A stretch of DNA of 55,644 nucleotides from a virus (lineage: Duplodnaviria > Caudoviricetes). Under the pieces are notes generated by a model, which ran no database searches, was not told where the DNA came from, and saw nothing but the letters and a program-made list of their open reading frames with translations. The DNA lies in the IMG/VR virus record IMGVR_UViG_3300008261_000025, positions 1 through 55,644 of that record; one strand, 5' to 3'. Below, in pieces: positions 1 through 8,888 of this stretch. Within the stretch, counting starts at the first letter, position 1. Every line of letters starts with the position of its first letter. The position numbers and the translations under genes were made by a program.

Positions 1-44
1 CTAAAATAATTTAATCTTATTAATTCTTACAAAAATATATTGAT
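1..44. repeat. End overlap, identical to 55601-55644 (circular assembly)
   Basis: ctaaaataatttaatcttattaattcttacaaaaatatattgat occurs at both ends; the last CDS stops inside it. Confidence 0.95.
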
Positions 45-67
45 AATTATTTTTTATTAAATAAAAT
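40..67 (+). promoter_or_regulatory. Repeated sigma70-type early promoter, copy 1
   Basis: TTGATA-16 nt (attattttttattaaa)-TAAAAT; spacer nearly identical to six other copies. Confidence 0.75.
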
Positions 68-74
68 ATAATTA

Positions 75-140
75 TCGGACTCCACCTCTTCTCCTCTGTA
101 ATATGAGTGCTAGGCGTGGAGGCGACAATCGATTTCGATT
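75..140 (+). ncRNA. Structured leader/small RNA, copy A
   Basis: Stem ctccac(80-85)/gtggag(116-121) encloses 30 nt, then gcgac and hairpin aatcg-attt-cgatt; homologous to 48273-48342. Confidence 0.55.
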
Positions 141-161
141 TAACTTAACTTAAAAAAACTT

Positions 162-314
162 ATGCTTCACGATTTTATAGTAATAATTCTTGTAAATATA
201 TTTTTATATAAAATTTTAGTTAATTGGGAATTTGGTGATACTTTTTCAATTATTTCAGTAATAGCATTGTCAATACCAATGTTTGGGCTTCTTATTATTT
301 ACAAAGATTTATAA
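162..314 (+). CDS. Small 50-aa membrane protein (not in ORF track)
   Basis: MLHDFIVIILVNIFLYKILVNWEFGDTFSIISVIALSIPMFGLLIIYKDL; A-rich leader; stop abuts next ATG. Confidence 0.6.
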   Translation: MLHDFIVIILVNIFLYKILVNWEFGDTFSIISVIALSIPMFGLLIIYKDL

Positions 315-887
315 ATGATAGTTCATAAAATAACTAATCAATCTGCTTTCATTAGAGAAAATGTTGTAGTGGGCTTATTAGCCTGTTTTAATGCTACTTT
401 AGATGCTGTCTGTCAAATGTTTAATTTTAAAAAAGAATTGGCACGAGATTTTTATAAAGTAGACTTGGACGAATATTTTGTTAGAAATATTGTTTTTAAT
501 AATATTGACAAAAAGCAAGCCAAAAGAATTAAAAATAATATTAATTCAGTTTTGGAAGCTTATGATGCCACTAAAATTAAAACAGTTTATTCGGTATTCG
601 ATGAAAAAACACAAAAAGAGCAAAATACAACGGCAAATGTAATTTTTCAATGTTATGTTTTGTTTTACTTAAATAAAATAGCTATTAGAAAAGATTTTTT
701 TAAAAATTGCTATTTAGATTATATTCAACATTTTTCAAATATTTTAACAGATTTTGAAGGTGAAATTTGGCAATATTTAAATACTATGGAAAATCAAGAG
801 GAACATTGGCAATCAATTAAAGTTAACGCTCTAAAAAACGCTGTAAAAATACAATATGTTTTTGCAAATATAATGCCAAATAAATGA
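315..887 (+). CDS. Hypothetical protein
   Basis: 190-aa ORF coupled to neighbours; no motif recognised. Confidence 0.7.
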   Translation: MIVHKITNQSAFIRENVVVGLLACFNATLDAVCQMFNFKKELARDFYKVDLDEYFVRNIVFNNIDKKQAKRIKNNINSVLEAYDATKIKTVYSVFDEKTQKEQNTTANVIFQCYVLFYLNKIAIRKDFFKNCYLDYIQHFSNILTDFEGEIWQYLNTMENQEEHWQSIKVNALKNAVKIQYVFANIMPNK

Positions 888-1909
888 TAAGTTTTGATTT
901 ATTTGGAAAGCCAACTTTTCCAGAGGTAAAAAATATTAGGATACCATACCAAGGCAGTAAAAACAAAATAGCCCTTCAGCTTTTTGAAAAAATGCTAGAA
1001 ATAAAGCCAAATGCAAAATATTACTACGATATTTTCGGCGGCGGAGCTGCAATGTCATTTACAGCTTTGCAATTGGGTTTAAAAGTCCATTATAACGAAA
1101 AACAAAAATCTATGGTAGATTTTGTTGATTATATTATAAACCGCATAAAAAGTAATAAAAAGGGCAAATATGGGCTTTTTCCTAGTGATTTTTATAAATT
1201 TATAACAAAAGAGGAATTTGGATTTTTAAAAAATGAAAATAGCATAAAAGGACAATTTGCTAGAATATGTTATAGTTTTGGAAATGATCAAAAAACCTAT
1301 GCTTTTAGCGAAGATATCGAAAAAGAAAAGCATTTGGCACATAATATAATTATGTTTTGTTGCGAAAAAAGTTTAGCAGAATTAAATAGCTTAAAAAATA
1401 CTAAATTTGTTTTGAGTAATAAAAAGACTTGGAATGAAAGGAGGCTTGATTTTTTGTCGCAAATAGCAAATCAAAAAAGAAAAGAGGATTATTTGAGAAT
1501 ATTAAATAATTTAGTAAATTTACAGCAACTAGAGGAGTTAATAAAATTAGGATATTTAGAAAAACAACACCAACTACAAAACCTGCAACAATTAGAAAGG
1601 TTGGAAACAATAAAAACATTTAAAGGATTTACAACGACAAATTTAGATTTTCAAGATGTTATTATTGACACTCCTAAAGATGAAACTATTATTTATCTTG
1701 ATCCTCCTTATAGAGGAACTAGAAAATATTTAGAAGATGCTTTTTCTCAAGACATTGACAATTACTTCATAAATTCACCTTATACTTGTTTTTTAAGCGA
1801 ATATAATGCACCATTTGAGCCAGTTTTATCAATAAATAAAAGATCATTATTCTCATCGACAGATAAATCTAAAATAGTAATAGAAAAACTTTTTTACAAT
1901 GGTAAATAA
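884..1909 (+). CDS. N6-adenine DNA methyltransferase (D12/Dam-like class)
   Basis: PYQGSK, YDIFGGGAA (SAM binding) and IYLDPPY (catalytic) motifs. Confidence 0.85.
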   Translation: MISFDLFGKPTFPEVKNIRIPYQGSKNKIALQLFEKMLEIKPNAKYYYDIFGGGAAMSFTALQLGLKVHYNEKQKSMVDFVDYIINRIKSNKKGKYGLFPSDFYKFITKEEFGFLKNENSIKGQFARICYSFGNDQKTYAFSEDIEKEKHLAHNIIMFCCEKSLAELNSLKNTKFVLSNKKTWNERRLDFLSQIANQKRKEDYLRILNNLVNLQQLEELIKLGYLEKQHQLQNLQQLERLETIKTFKGFTTTNLDFQDVIIDTPKDETIIYLDPPYRGTRKYLEDAFSQDIDNYFINSPYTCFLSEYNAPFEPVLSINKRSLFSSTDKSKIVIEKLFYNGK

Positions 1910-3059
1910 AATTAAAGTTCTTAGCCTTTTTGACGGAATAGGAGGTTGCAGGCAAGCACTAAAAGAATTAAATATTGATTGCAATTATTATGCTTGTGAA
2001 ATTGATAAATATGCAATTAAAGTAGCAAAAGAAAATCATCCAGATATAATTCAAATTGGCGATGTAAAAGGCATAATCATTGAGGATTATTATATTTTTC
2101 ACAATCAATATAACGATCCTATGAAAAATGGTGGCAGTTTTAGAAAAGATATTGATTTAATGTGCTTTGGGTTTCAGTGCCAATCGTTTTCTGTTGCTGG
2201 CAATAAAAATGGTTTTTCTGATGATAGAGGGCAATTATTTTTTAATGCTTTGAAAATTTTAGAAGAAGTAAAGCCTAAATTTTTTATAGCAGAAAATGTT
2301 GCTTCTATGAAAAAATCAATTCAGCAAGAAATATCAAAATATTTATTTAATATAGAACCTACTCTAATTAATAGTTCCTTATTAACCGCACAGCAAAGAA
2401 AAAGAATTTATTGGATTGGAGAGTTGCAAAATGATGGTTCTTATAAAAAAGTAGAGATAGATCAGCCAGAAGACAAAGGAATTTTATTAAAAGATATTTT
2501 AGAAAGTGGAGTTGGATATTTAGATAAATGCCAGACATTAACCGCCACATATGGCAAAGCACAAATTAAAAATAGTTTGCAAAAAAATCAAAGGACAATG
2601 ATTGCAGAACCTGTATTGTATAATCAATATAACCAAAGAACATTAAAATATAAAAGCGGCACACTTTCCACATCTTCTGGAGCAAGAACAGCTATTTCAG
2701 GTATGGTTGTCGTAAGCCCAATTAGATTAGGTCATTTTAATAAAGGAGGGCAAGGAGATAGAGTTTATTCTGTTGAAGGAAAATCAATTTGCCTTTCTGC
2801 AAATGGTGGCGGCAGAGGAGCTTGCACTGGATTATATAAGATAGATTTACCGGACGGAGATTATAAAATAAGGCTATTAACCCCTACGGAATGTGCTAGA
2901 TTGCAAGGATTTCCCGATGATTACTGCAAGTCAATTAGTAGAAGCTAAGCTTTTAAATGTTATGGCAATTCTTTTACAGTTCCAGTTATAAAGCATATTT
3001 TAGAATATATTTTTTTTGATAAAAAATGTAAAACAAATAAGCAAGAATTATTATTTTAA
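1899..3059 (+). pseudogene. C5-cytosine DNA methyltransferase with in-frame TAA at 2946-2948 and an altered catalytic motif
   Basis: LSLFDGIGG, EID, GDV, GFQCQSFS (normally PC), ENV, QxRxR, ECARLQGFPD; motif X (AFKCYGNSFTVPVIKHI) continues in frame after the stop, to TAA 3057-3059. Confidence 0.8.
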
Positions 3060-3064
3060 TTAAT

Positions 3065-3757
3065 ATGAACTTTTTTAACAAATTTTTCTTAGATATAGAT
3101 AAAGTTGAAACTATATCTCATTCTGTGGTTCTGGTTGAAAAAAATTTTTTCTCTTTGAAGGGAAAACTTAATAAGGCAATGAGACTTCAAATACAAAGCC
3201 CATTTTCTAATCTAGCAAATTCATTAGCATTAAAAAGTGTTTTTAAAAAACCAGTGATTGAGCCTTTTTCAAATTCTCTACAATCTTACAGAGAATTTGA
3301 GTCTGATAATTTTGTAATAACTTATGATAAATTAAGCTTAAGATTTGGAATAGAAGACAAAATACCAGAACAAAGAAATAATTTAGTTAGAAAAATAGCT
3401 ACTGATTTAATTAATCTTGCCGAAGTAGAAGAAGACATTGGAGCAATTGGAGTAAATTACGAAATGTTTTTACCAGAAAATAATTTAGACCTTAAAAAAT
3501 TATTTTTAAAAAAAGATATTGCGGAAACTTTTGATAATTTATTCATAACACCTGTATTTGAAATTGATAAATTTATAACTCTAAATTTAAAGATTGTTTC
3601 TGGAATAGTTGATTATAAAGAAGGTATTTTTTTTGATGTTAATTTTCACATTGAAATTGATGAATATGGATCGCAAAAAATTAGTAATATTTTAGAAAAC
3701 GACTTTTGCAAGATTGCTAAAAATAAAATTTTGCATTTAATGGCAAAAACTTCTTGA
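3065..3757 (+). CDS. Hypothetical protein
   Basis: 230-aa ORF; its stop overlaps the -35 box of the next promoter copy. Confidence 0.65.
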   Translation: MNFFNKFFLDIDKVETISHSVVLVEKNFFSLKGKLNKAMRLQIQSPFSNLANSLALKSVFKKPVIEPFSNSLQSYREFESDNFVITYDKLSLRFGIEDKIPEQRNNLVRKIATDLINLAEVEEDIGAIGVNYEMFLPENNLDLKKLFLKKDIAETFDNLFITPVFEIDKFITLNLKIVSGIVDYKEGIFFDVNFHIEIDEYGSQKISNILENDFCKIAKNKILHLMAKTS

Positions 3758-3802
3758 CATTTATTTTTTATTAAATAAAATATATTTGTTGGTATTTGCC
3801 AA
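3754..3802 (+). promoter_or_regulatory. Repeated early promoter plus hairpin, copy 2
   Basis: TTGACA-16-TAAAAT (3754-3781), hairpin ttggt-attt-gccaa (3789-3802), leader aactaaaacaaaATG. Confidence 0.8.
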
Positions 3803-3828
3803 TTTATTAAAACTAAACTAAAAACAAA

Positions 3829-4704
3829 ATGACAAATTTAATCGAATTACACACAACAAAAACTGATTTAACTAAAGATTTTATTTTAAATGATAAAAAT
3901 GTTAATGAATTATTAACATATATAGAAAATCTTAAAACAATAGCATTTGATTTTAATGATAAAGAAGAAGTCAAAAAAGCAAAAAATCTTAAAACTCAAG
4001 CCAATAAATTTGTAGCAGAACTTAAAAAAGTTTGCGAACCGCTTGAAGCTGAAGGGAAAAAAGTTGCGGATATTAGAAGTAAAATTTCAACAAAACTTTC
4101 AACAGGCAAAGATAATGTAATTGATACAATTTTAAAGCCTATAAATGACGCTGAGGATAAATTAAAATATATTAAAACAAAATGTGCAACTTTAATTACC
4201 GATTTACATTCTGTCAGTGTAGTTTTGTCTGAATGTGATGAGTTAGAAAAATTTAATTGGTTATATTTAAAAGATGAGGGAATTCAATTAATAAATCAAT
4301 TAAGAGGATTGGCATTGGTTTCAAAACAAAATTTGGAAGCTCAGCAAAAAGCAGAATTTGAAGCTAAAGAAAAAATAAGGCTAGAAAGAGAAGAGCAAAT
4401 TAGAAAAATAGCCGAAGAAAAAGCTAAAGCAGAAGCACAAAGACAAATTGAAGAAGCTAATAGAAGAGCGGAGCAAGCTATAATAGATGCTGAAAATAAA
4501 ATAAAAGCAGAAAACGAACTAAAAATAAAACAAGAATTAAAAGCTAAAGCAGAAGAAGAAGCGATTTCTAAAAATAGAGAACATCGAGCTAGAATTCATA
4601 ATGAAATTCTGCAAGATATTCAATCTTTATTAGGTGTTGATGCGAAAATAATAGTTGAACAAATTGCTAAAGGAAAAATTAGAAATTTATTTATAAAATA
4701 TTAA
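3829..4704 (+). CDS. Coiled-coil phage protein
   Basis: Long E/K/A/R-rich helical region and C-terminal NREHRARIH motif. Confidence 0.7.
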   Translation: MTNLIELHTTKTDLTKDFILNDKNVNELLTYIENLKTIAFDFNDKEEVKKAKNLKTQANKFVAELKKVCEPLEAEGKKVADIRSKISTKLSTGKDNVIDTILKPINDAEDKLKYIKTKCATLITDLHSVSVVLSECDELEKFNWLYLKDEGIQLINQLRGLALVSKQNLEAQQKAEFEAKEKIRLEREEQIRKIAEEKAKAEAQRQIEEANRRAEQAIIDAENKIKAENELKIKQELKAKAEEEAISKNREHRARIHNEILQDIQSLLGVDAKIIVEQIAKGKIRNLFIKY

Positions 4705-4719
4705 AACTAATTAAAAATT

Positions 4720-5106
4720 ATGAAAGCAAAAGCCCTTCTTAAATTACCTTATAGAGATGATAAAGTTATAAGACAATCAATATATAATTCAATTGCAGTT
4801 ATTAATACAGGACTAAAACACGATTCTGGTTTTGCATTAATGGCTTTGATTGGTTTAGACGAAAATTATAAGCCAATTGAAATCATAGGTTTTTGCAATG
4901 ATATTAAATGGGAATTAAATGGATTATCATTTTCTAATGATATGCTTTATCCATCTGGAGCTACTCATTTTTGGAGTCTTGATGCTAATTTTGAAGTTGT
5001 GTATTGCACTAGCACAACATTAATTAGGTTAGTAGCGGAAAATAAAAGACCAAAGCCAAATTTAGAAGATAAATGCGGAATTCAATGTAAAGGAATAAAG
5101 AAATGA
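4720..5106 (+). CDS. Hypothetical protein
   Basis: 128-aa ORF with A-rich leader. Confidence 0.65.
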   Translation: MKAKALLKLPYRDDKVIRQSIYNSIAVINTGLKHDSGFALMALIGLDENYKPIEIIGFCNDIKWELNGLSFSNDMLYPSGATHFWSLDANFEVVYCTSTTLIRLVAENKRPKPNLEDKCGIQCKGIKK

Positions 5107-5204
5107 CAATACTTGCAAAAAAAACAATATTGGCAATATTAGCTATTGCAATGCTTACTGTTTCAATCATAATCGATAATTATAAACAAAAAAACAAAAA
5201 ATAA
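5103..5204 (+). CDS. Small 33-aa single-TM peptide (not in ORF track)
   Basis: MTILAKKTILAILAIAMLTVSIIIDNYKQKNKK; ATGA overlap upstream and TAATG overlap with ssb. Confidence 0.5.
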   Translation: MTILAKKTILAILAIAMLTVSIIIDNYKQKNKK

Positions 5205-5593
5205 TGACAATAAATAAAGTAATCTTAATAGGCTCAGTAGGAAATGATCCAGATATTAAGCAAACTAACGATGGTAGAGAGATTATAAATCTATCTTTGG
5301 CTACTAGTGAAAGTTGGAAAGATAAAAATAGCGGTGAAAGAAAAGAAAAAACCGAATGGCATCGCATCGTAATATTTTCGCCTAATATAGTTTCACTTGT
5401 TAAATCATATGTTAGAAAAGGTAGCAAGCTTTACATCGAAGGTTCTTTGCAAACTAGAAAATGGACTGATAAATCTGGAGTTGAAAAATATACTACTGAA
5501 ATCGTTTTGCAACAATATAATTCTGTTTTGCAAATCCTTGACAGTAAAAAACCACAGCAGCAACAACAAGAAGAGGAAGAGTATGTATTTTAG
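5204..5593 (+). CDS. ssb: Single-stranded DNA-binding protein
   Basis: NKVILIG, ATSESWKD, EKTEWHRIV, KGSKLYIEGSLQTRKW, YTTEIV; acidic tail ending in F. Confidence 0.95.
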   Translation: MTINKVILIGSVGNDPDIKQTNDGREIINLSLATSESWKDKNSGERKEKTEWHRIVIFSPNIVSLVKSYVRKGSKLYIEGSLQTRKWTDKSGVEKYTTEIVLQQYNSVLQILDSKKPQQQQQEEEEYVF

Positions 5594-5710
5594 CAATAAA
5601 ATATATTGCAATTAAAATTTTATTTAATATTTTAATTATTGAAACTTTTTTTTCATAGGGGCTGGCAACCTGTTATCAATGATAATATAGCCTCAATAAG
5701 GTTGCAAAAC

Positions 5711-5744
5711 TGCCGTCGTATTTTTATTCATTGATACGACGGCA
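5711..5744. terminator. Probable bidirectional terminator where the two arms converge
   Basis: 11-bp stem tgccgtcgtat/atacgacggca between convergent ssb and endolysin. Confidence 0.7.
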
Positions 5745-5768
5745 AATTATTTATATTTTTATGAAGCT

Positions 5769-6281
5769 CTATAATTTAGTATAAACTCCATTAATTAATC
5801 TGCCAAATTTTTGTCTATTATCTTTTAATTTTGTAGACAAATGTATCCATCCATTTTCTAGCAAGCATTGATCCACATTTTCCATTTTTTCACCTTTAAT
5901 CCATAAAACAATTTCTTCTAATTTTTTAACATCGTTAATTCCATTCACTAAAAAATCGCAGGCTTCAAATCTTGTATGCTGACTAATTGGCTTACTTCCT
6001 ACTAATCCATTAAGTTTTTGACAGCGAAAACCGCTTGTAATATTAATTGTTGCCTCATTGCTACCTATAATTCTCTTAAAAACAGGACTTTTATTCATTC
6101 TATCTCTAAGTTCTTGAAAAAAATAACTTAGGTGAACACCGTTTATCATATATTCTTTTACTCTAGGGTCTTGCAAGAACTCCTGCTCGTTATCGATATT
6201 GTTTTTTATTGCAGTCGCTGAAAAAAAGAACTCTTGATATTTAAAACTAGTCCTATTTAGCTGTTTTAGATTAATTGACAT
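5769..6281 (-). CDS. Endolysin, peptidase M15A family
   Basis: SGFRC..LN..VG, SQH....ACD and WIH zinc-ligand pattern; last gene of lysis cassette. Confidence 0.85.
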   Translation of the reverse strand: MSINLKQLNRTSFKYQEFFFSATAIKNNIDNEQEFLQDPRVKEYMINGVHLSYFFQELRDRMNKSPVFKRIIGSNEATINITSGFRCQKLNGLVGSKPISQHTRFEACDFLVNGINDVKKLEEIVLWIKGEKMENVDQCLLENGWIHLSTKLKDNRQKFGRLINGVYTKL

Positions 6282-6558
6282 TATCTAGCTCCTTAATTTG
6301 AATTAAACATACACTATCATATTCGGCATCGCTACGAAGCATTAATCTTAACACTTCTTCTGGCAAATTATCCTCAAAATTACCTTTAATACCATAATAT
6401 GGCTTTAGCCAAGAGCAAAGAAAAGTGCTGTAATTAGTTGCTTGTTGTGGTGCCGTGTTCTTCTCTATTCTTTTTAAATTGCAATTTGAGATCGCTAACA
6501 TCGTTATTAATAATAGTGCGGTTATTAATCTCTTGTTGTAGTGCTTGCATATTTTCAT
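6271..6558 (-). CDS. Putative outer spanin (Rz1-like lipoprotein)
   Basis: Hydrophobic signal ending LAISNC; overlaps the upstream TM gene in another frame. Confidence 0.55.
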   Translation of the reverse strand: MKICKHYNKRLITALLLITMLAISNCNLKRIEKNTAPQQATNYSTFLCSWLKPYYGIKGNFEDNLPEEVLRLMLRSDAEYDSVCLIQIKELDNVN

Positions 6559-6658
6559 ATTGCTTTATTTCTTTTTTTAAATTACTAACATTTTCAATTT
6601 TTTGTTTTGCAAAAAAACCAAAAAAGAAACTAAATATTGTTGTTATTAGTTGTATCAT
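6434..6658 (-). CDS. Putative inner spanin (Rz-like)
   Basis: N-terminal TM then coiled coil; overlapped-spanin arrangement. Confidence 0.55.
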   Translation of the reverse strand: MIQLITTIFSFFFGFFAKQKIENVSNLKKEIKQYENMQALQQEINNRTIINNDVSDLKLQFKKNREEHGTTTSN

Positions 6659-6711
6659 ATTATTTTTTTATTTTATCAAAAAATTGAATTATAAAAAATC
6701 CAGATAAAAAA

Positions 6712-6987
6712 CTAAGTATCTTTATTATTGTTAGTGTCATTGCTGCTTGTTATTTTGTTAAACCATTTACCCCTTTCTGCCAAAACAAAGCCACCAGAAG
6801 CTCCAGAAAGCATTATCCAGCATTCTATGAGGTCTTTTACTAGTTCATATTTTTCAACAGGCAGTTTAGCAAATAAGGCTATTAATGTCAAGATAAAAGC
6901 AATCAAAAGAGATGCTACCATAGACCATCTTTTAGATGACACATTATTATTAAGCTCGATAATTTTATTTAAATTAAAAAAGTTCAT
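6712..6987 (-). CDS. Putative holin
   Basis: 91 aa, two hydrophobic segments after SSKR, polar C-terminus; lysis cassette position. Confidence 0.6.
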   Translation of the reverse strand: MNFFNLNKIIELNNNVSSKRWSMVASLLIAFILTLIALFAKLPVEKYELVKDLIECWIMLSGASGGFVLAERGKWFNKITSSNDTNNNKDT

Positions 6988-7457
6988 TTTTTCTTGTTTT
7001 TTGTTTTATTGCTATTTTGTTTGTTTGCAGGATAAGAATTTTGATAAACACTTAAAATAAAATTTTGGCGAATCTCAGTTACTTCTTTTCCAATTTTATT
7101 GACTTCGCTTTCAGTTCTTTCTTGTTTTTTTTCAAACGTAGTAAATTTTTCATCTTGTCTCTTTTCAAGCATAGTAAATTTTTCATTAGTCAAATTAACA
7201 AAGCTAGTCATTTTTTGATCAAAATTAGTCACTTTTTGATCGATATTATCATATCTTTGTTTTTGCTCTTCTGCATTATTTTTGATAAGTTTTTCTACCT
7301 CAGCAGTCAATTTATTACCACCTTTATTAATATAAAAAAATACAAAAAGCAAAGTAATAAAATTAGAAAACAATTGCTCTATTGGTAATTTTAGAATAGA
7401 ATAGAGTATATTATTAAACTTAAAATATGAACCTAAAAGTTCGGTAATTTCTATCAT
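6984..7457 (-). CDS. Membrane-anchored coiled-coil protein (holin/antiholin-like)
   Basis: TM segment FITLLFVFFYI followed by heptad-like repeats. Confidence 0.5.
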   Translation of the reverse strand: MIEITELLGSYFKFNNILYSILKLPIEQLFSNFITLLFVFFYINKGGNKLTAEVEKLIKNNAEEQKQRYDNIDQKVTNFDQKMTSFVNLTNEKFTMLEKRQDEKFTTFEKKQERTESEVNKIGKEVTEIRQNFILSVYQNSYPANKQNSNKTKNKKK

Positions 7458-8278
7458 TGCAAGTCCTTAACAATATTAATTAGAATATTAGCTCCAATAT
7501 CTCCTTCGCACTTAGTATTACTATTTGAAAGGTCTGTAAAGATAAAGGCTCGCAAAAATTTTGGGTCTTTTTCCTTAACAACAACAAATTTTATATTTTT
7601 AATTGGGCTTCTAGTTTTTACAACATTTCTAATATAATCTTCGACAATTTGCTCTTCTGTTTTTTGCACTTTTGTTAAATTACCTTCCTCATCAGATACA
7701 AATTGTGGAGTTCTTGCTTTTTTTGCGATTAAATCATCGCACTCATCTGGATAATAAGCCCCCATAATAGAGCAAAACAATTGAAACCTTAAAAAAGTAT
7801 TATTTTCAATAAAACTGCAGGTTGAGCTATCTTTTTCTAAATTACAACCAAAAACCTTCGCTCCCATTCTTTGATTGGTTGATTTTGATAATAGGTCGTT
7901 AAACCATTCCAAAGGCAAGTCGTAGTTTTGAGTGTAGGCATCATTGTAAGTCTTTAGATTCATAGGACAAATTTCTTTTGCCTTATAATATTCTGCAGTG
8001 CAACCCCAAATGTTGTTATTGCGATAAACCTGAGCTTCTTTTTCAAAAGTCCAGTCGCTAAAAGCATAATCTTTGCCACATTTAGTAGCTTCTCTTTTTA
8101 ATCTTTGTGAAATAGTTAAATTTTTACCATTTTCAAAGCCAGCATAAGAATAGGTATTGGCTAAAAAATATTCAGTTGAGCCTTTATATTGAAGTTTTGC
8201 TTTTCCATAAACGAGCAAAATTGAAAATAATAATATTATAATTATATTTTTTAGTGATATTTTTTTAATTATTTTCAT
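7454..8278 (-). CDS. Exported or membrane-anchored Cys-rich hypothetical protein
   Basis: Basic N-terminus plus hydrophobic stretch; eight Cys. Confidence 0.65.
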   Translation of the reverse strand: MKIIKKISLKNIIIILLFSILLVYGKAKLQYKGSTEYFLANTYSYAGFENGKNLTISQRLKREATKCGKDYAFSDWTFEKEAQVYRNNNIWGCTAEYYKAKEICPMNLKTYNDAYTQNYDLPLEWFNDLLSKSTNQRMGAKVFGCNLEKDSSTCSFIENNTFLRFQLFCSIMGAYYPDECDDLIAKKARTPQFVSDEEGNLTKVQKTEEQIVEDYIRNVVKTRSPIKNIKFVVVKEKDPKFLRAFIFTDLSNSNTKCEGDIGANILINIVKDLQ

Positions 8279-8888
8279 TTATTTTGACAGTTTTTTCAAA
8301 CAAAGGATCGTTAACTAATTCGACAGGAGTAGGAGCATCGCCATTTTTTATTGTTGTAAATTTTCTACCTGCTTTTTTTAAGCAATCATAAACTCCGCCA
8401 CTGCAAAAGTTATTTTCATTTGTATTTTTTTTATAACCAAAAAATTTCAATATCCTTTCCGCCCAATTAGGCGAGGTTGCAGCCTCTATTATGCTATAAG
8501 CCTTATTATCTTGCCAAAAGTTTAATATAATAGCACTCTCGCTATCTGTAAGCTCTTTTTTGATTGGTGTATAATATAAATCAACATTTTTTCTAACAAG
8601 ACCATCGCTAAGTAAATAAGTATAATCTTTATCTCTTAAAATAGAAAGTTTTTTTATAGACTTGCCCGGATTTACTAAATATTCGCAAAATTTAAAAATT
8701 AAGTAATTTTCTTTTCTTTCAACATCAACAACAATGCCAATATGACCTAAACCCGGTATTTTTAAGTCATTTCCAGTTTTGCCAGTTACTTTACCAATGA
8801 AAACTCCAGCAATATAATGCCAACTTTTAAAGTGAAAACTTAGCAAGTCGCCACTTTTTATATTTTCAAATAAAAATTTCTTAGTCAT
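8265..8888 (-). CDS. Permuted NlpC/P60 (YiiX/YebB-like) papain-fold enzyme
   Basis: IKSGDLL, GHIGIV (His before Cys), NFCS, AG...PTPVEL. Confidence 0.7.
   Translation of the reverse strand: MTKKFLFENIKSGDLLSFHFKSWHYIAGVFIGKVTGKTGNDLKIPGLGHIGIVVDVERKENYLIFKFCEYLVNPGKSIKKLSILRDKDYTYLLSDGLVRKNVDLYYTPIKKELTDSESAIILNFWQDNKAYSIIEAATSPNWAERILKFFGYKKNTNENNFCSGGVYDCLKKAGRKFTTIKNGDAPTPVELVNDPLFEKTVKINENN

Noticed and set aside
1-44. Biological direct terminal repeat
   Set aside because: Short exact overlap that cuts through a stop codon and a promoter; typical of circular assembly, and a PBSX-type terminase suggests headful packaging
2946-2948. Genome-wide TAA-to-Gln recoding
   Set aside because: Many conserved genes end correctly at TAA; only this one in-frame stop was seen
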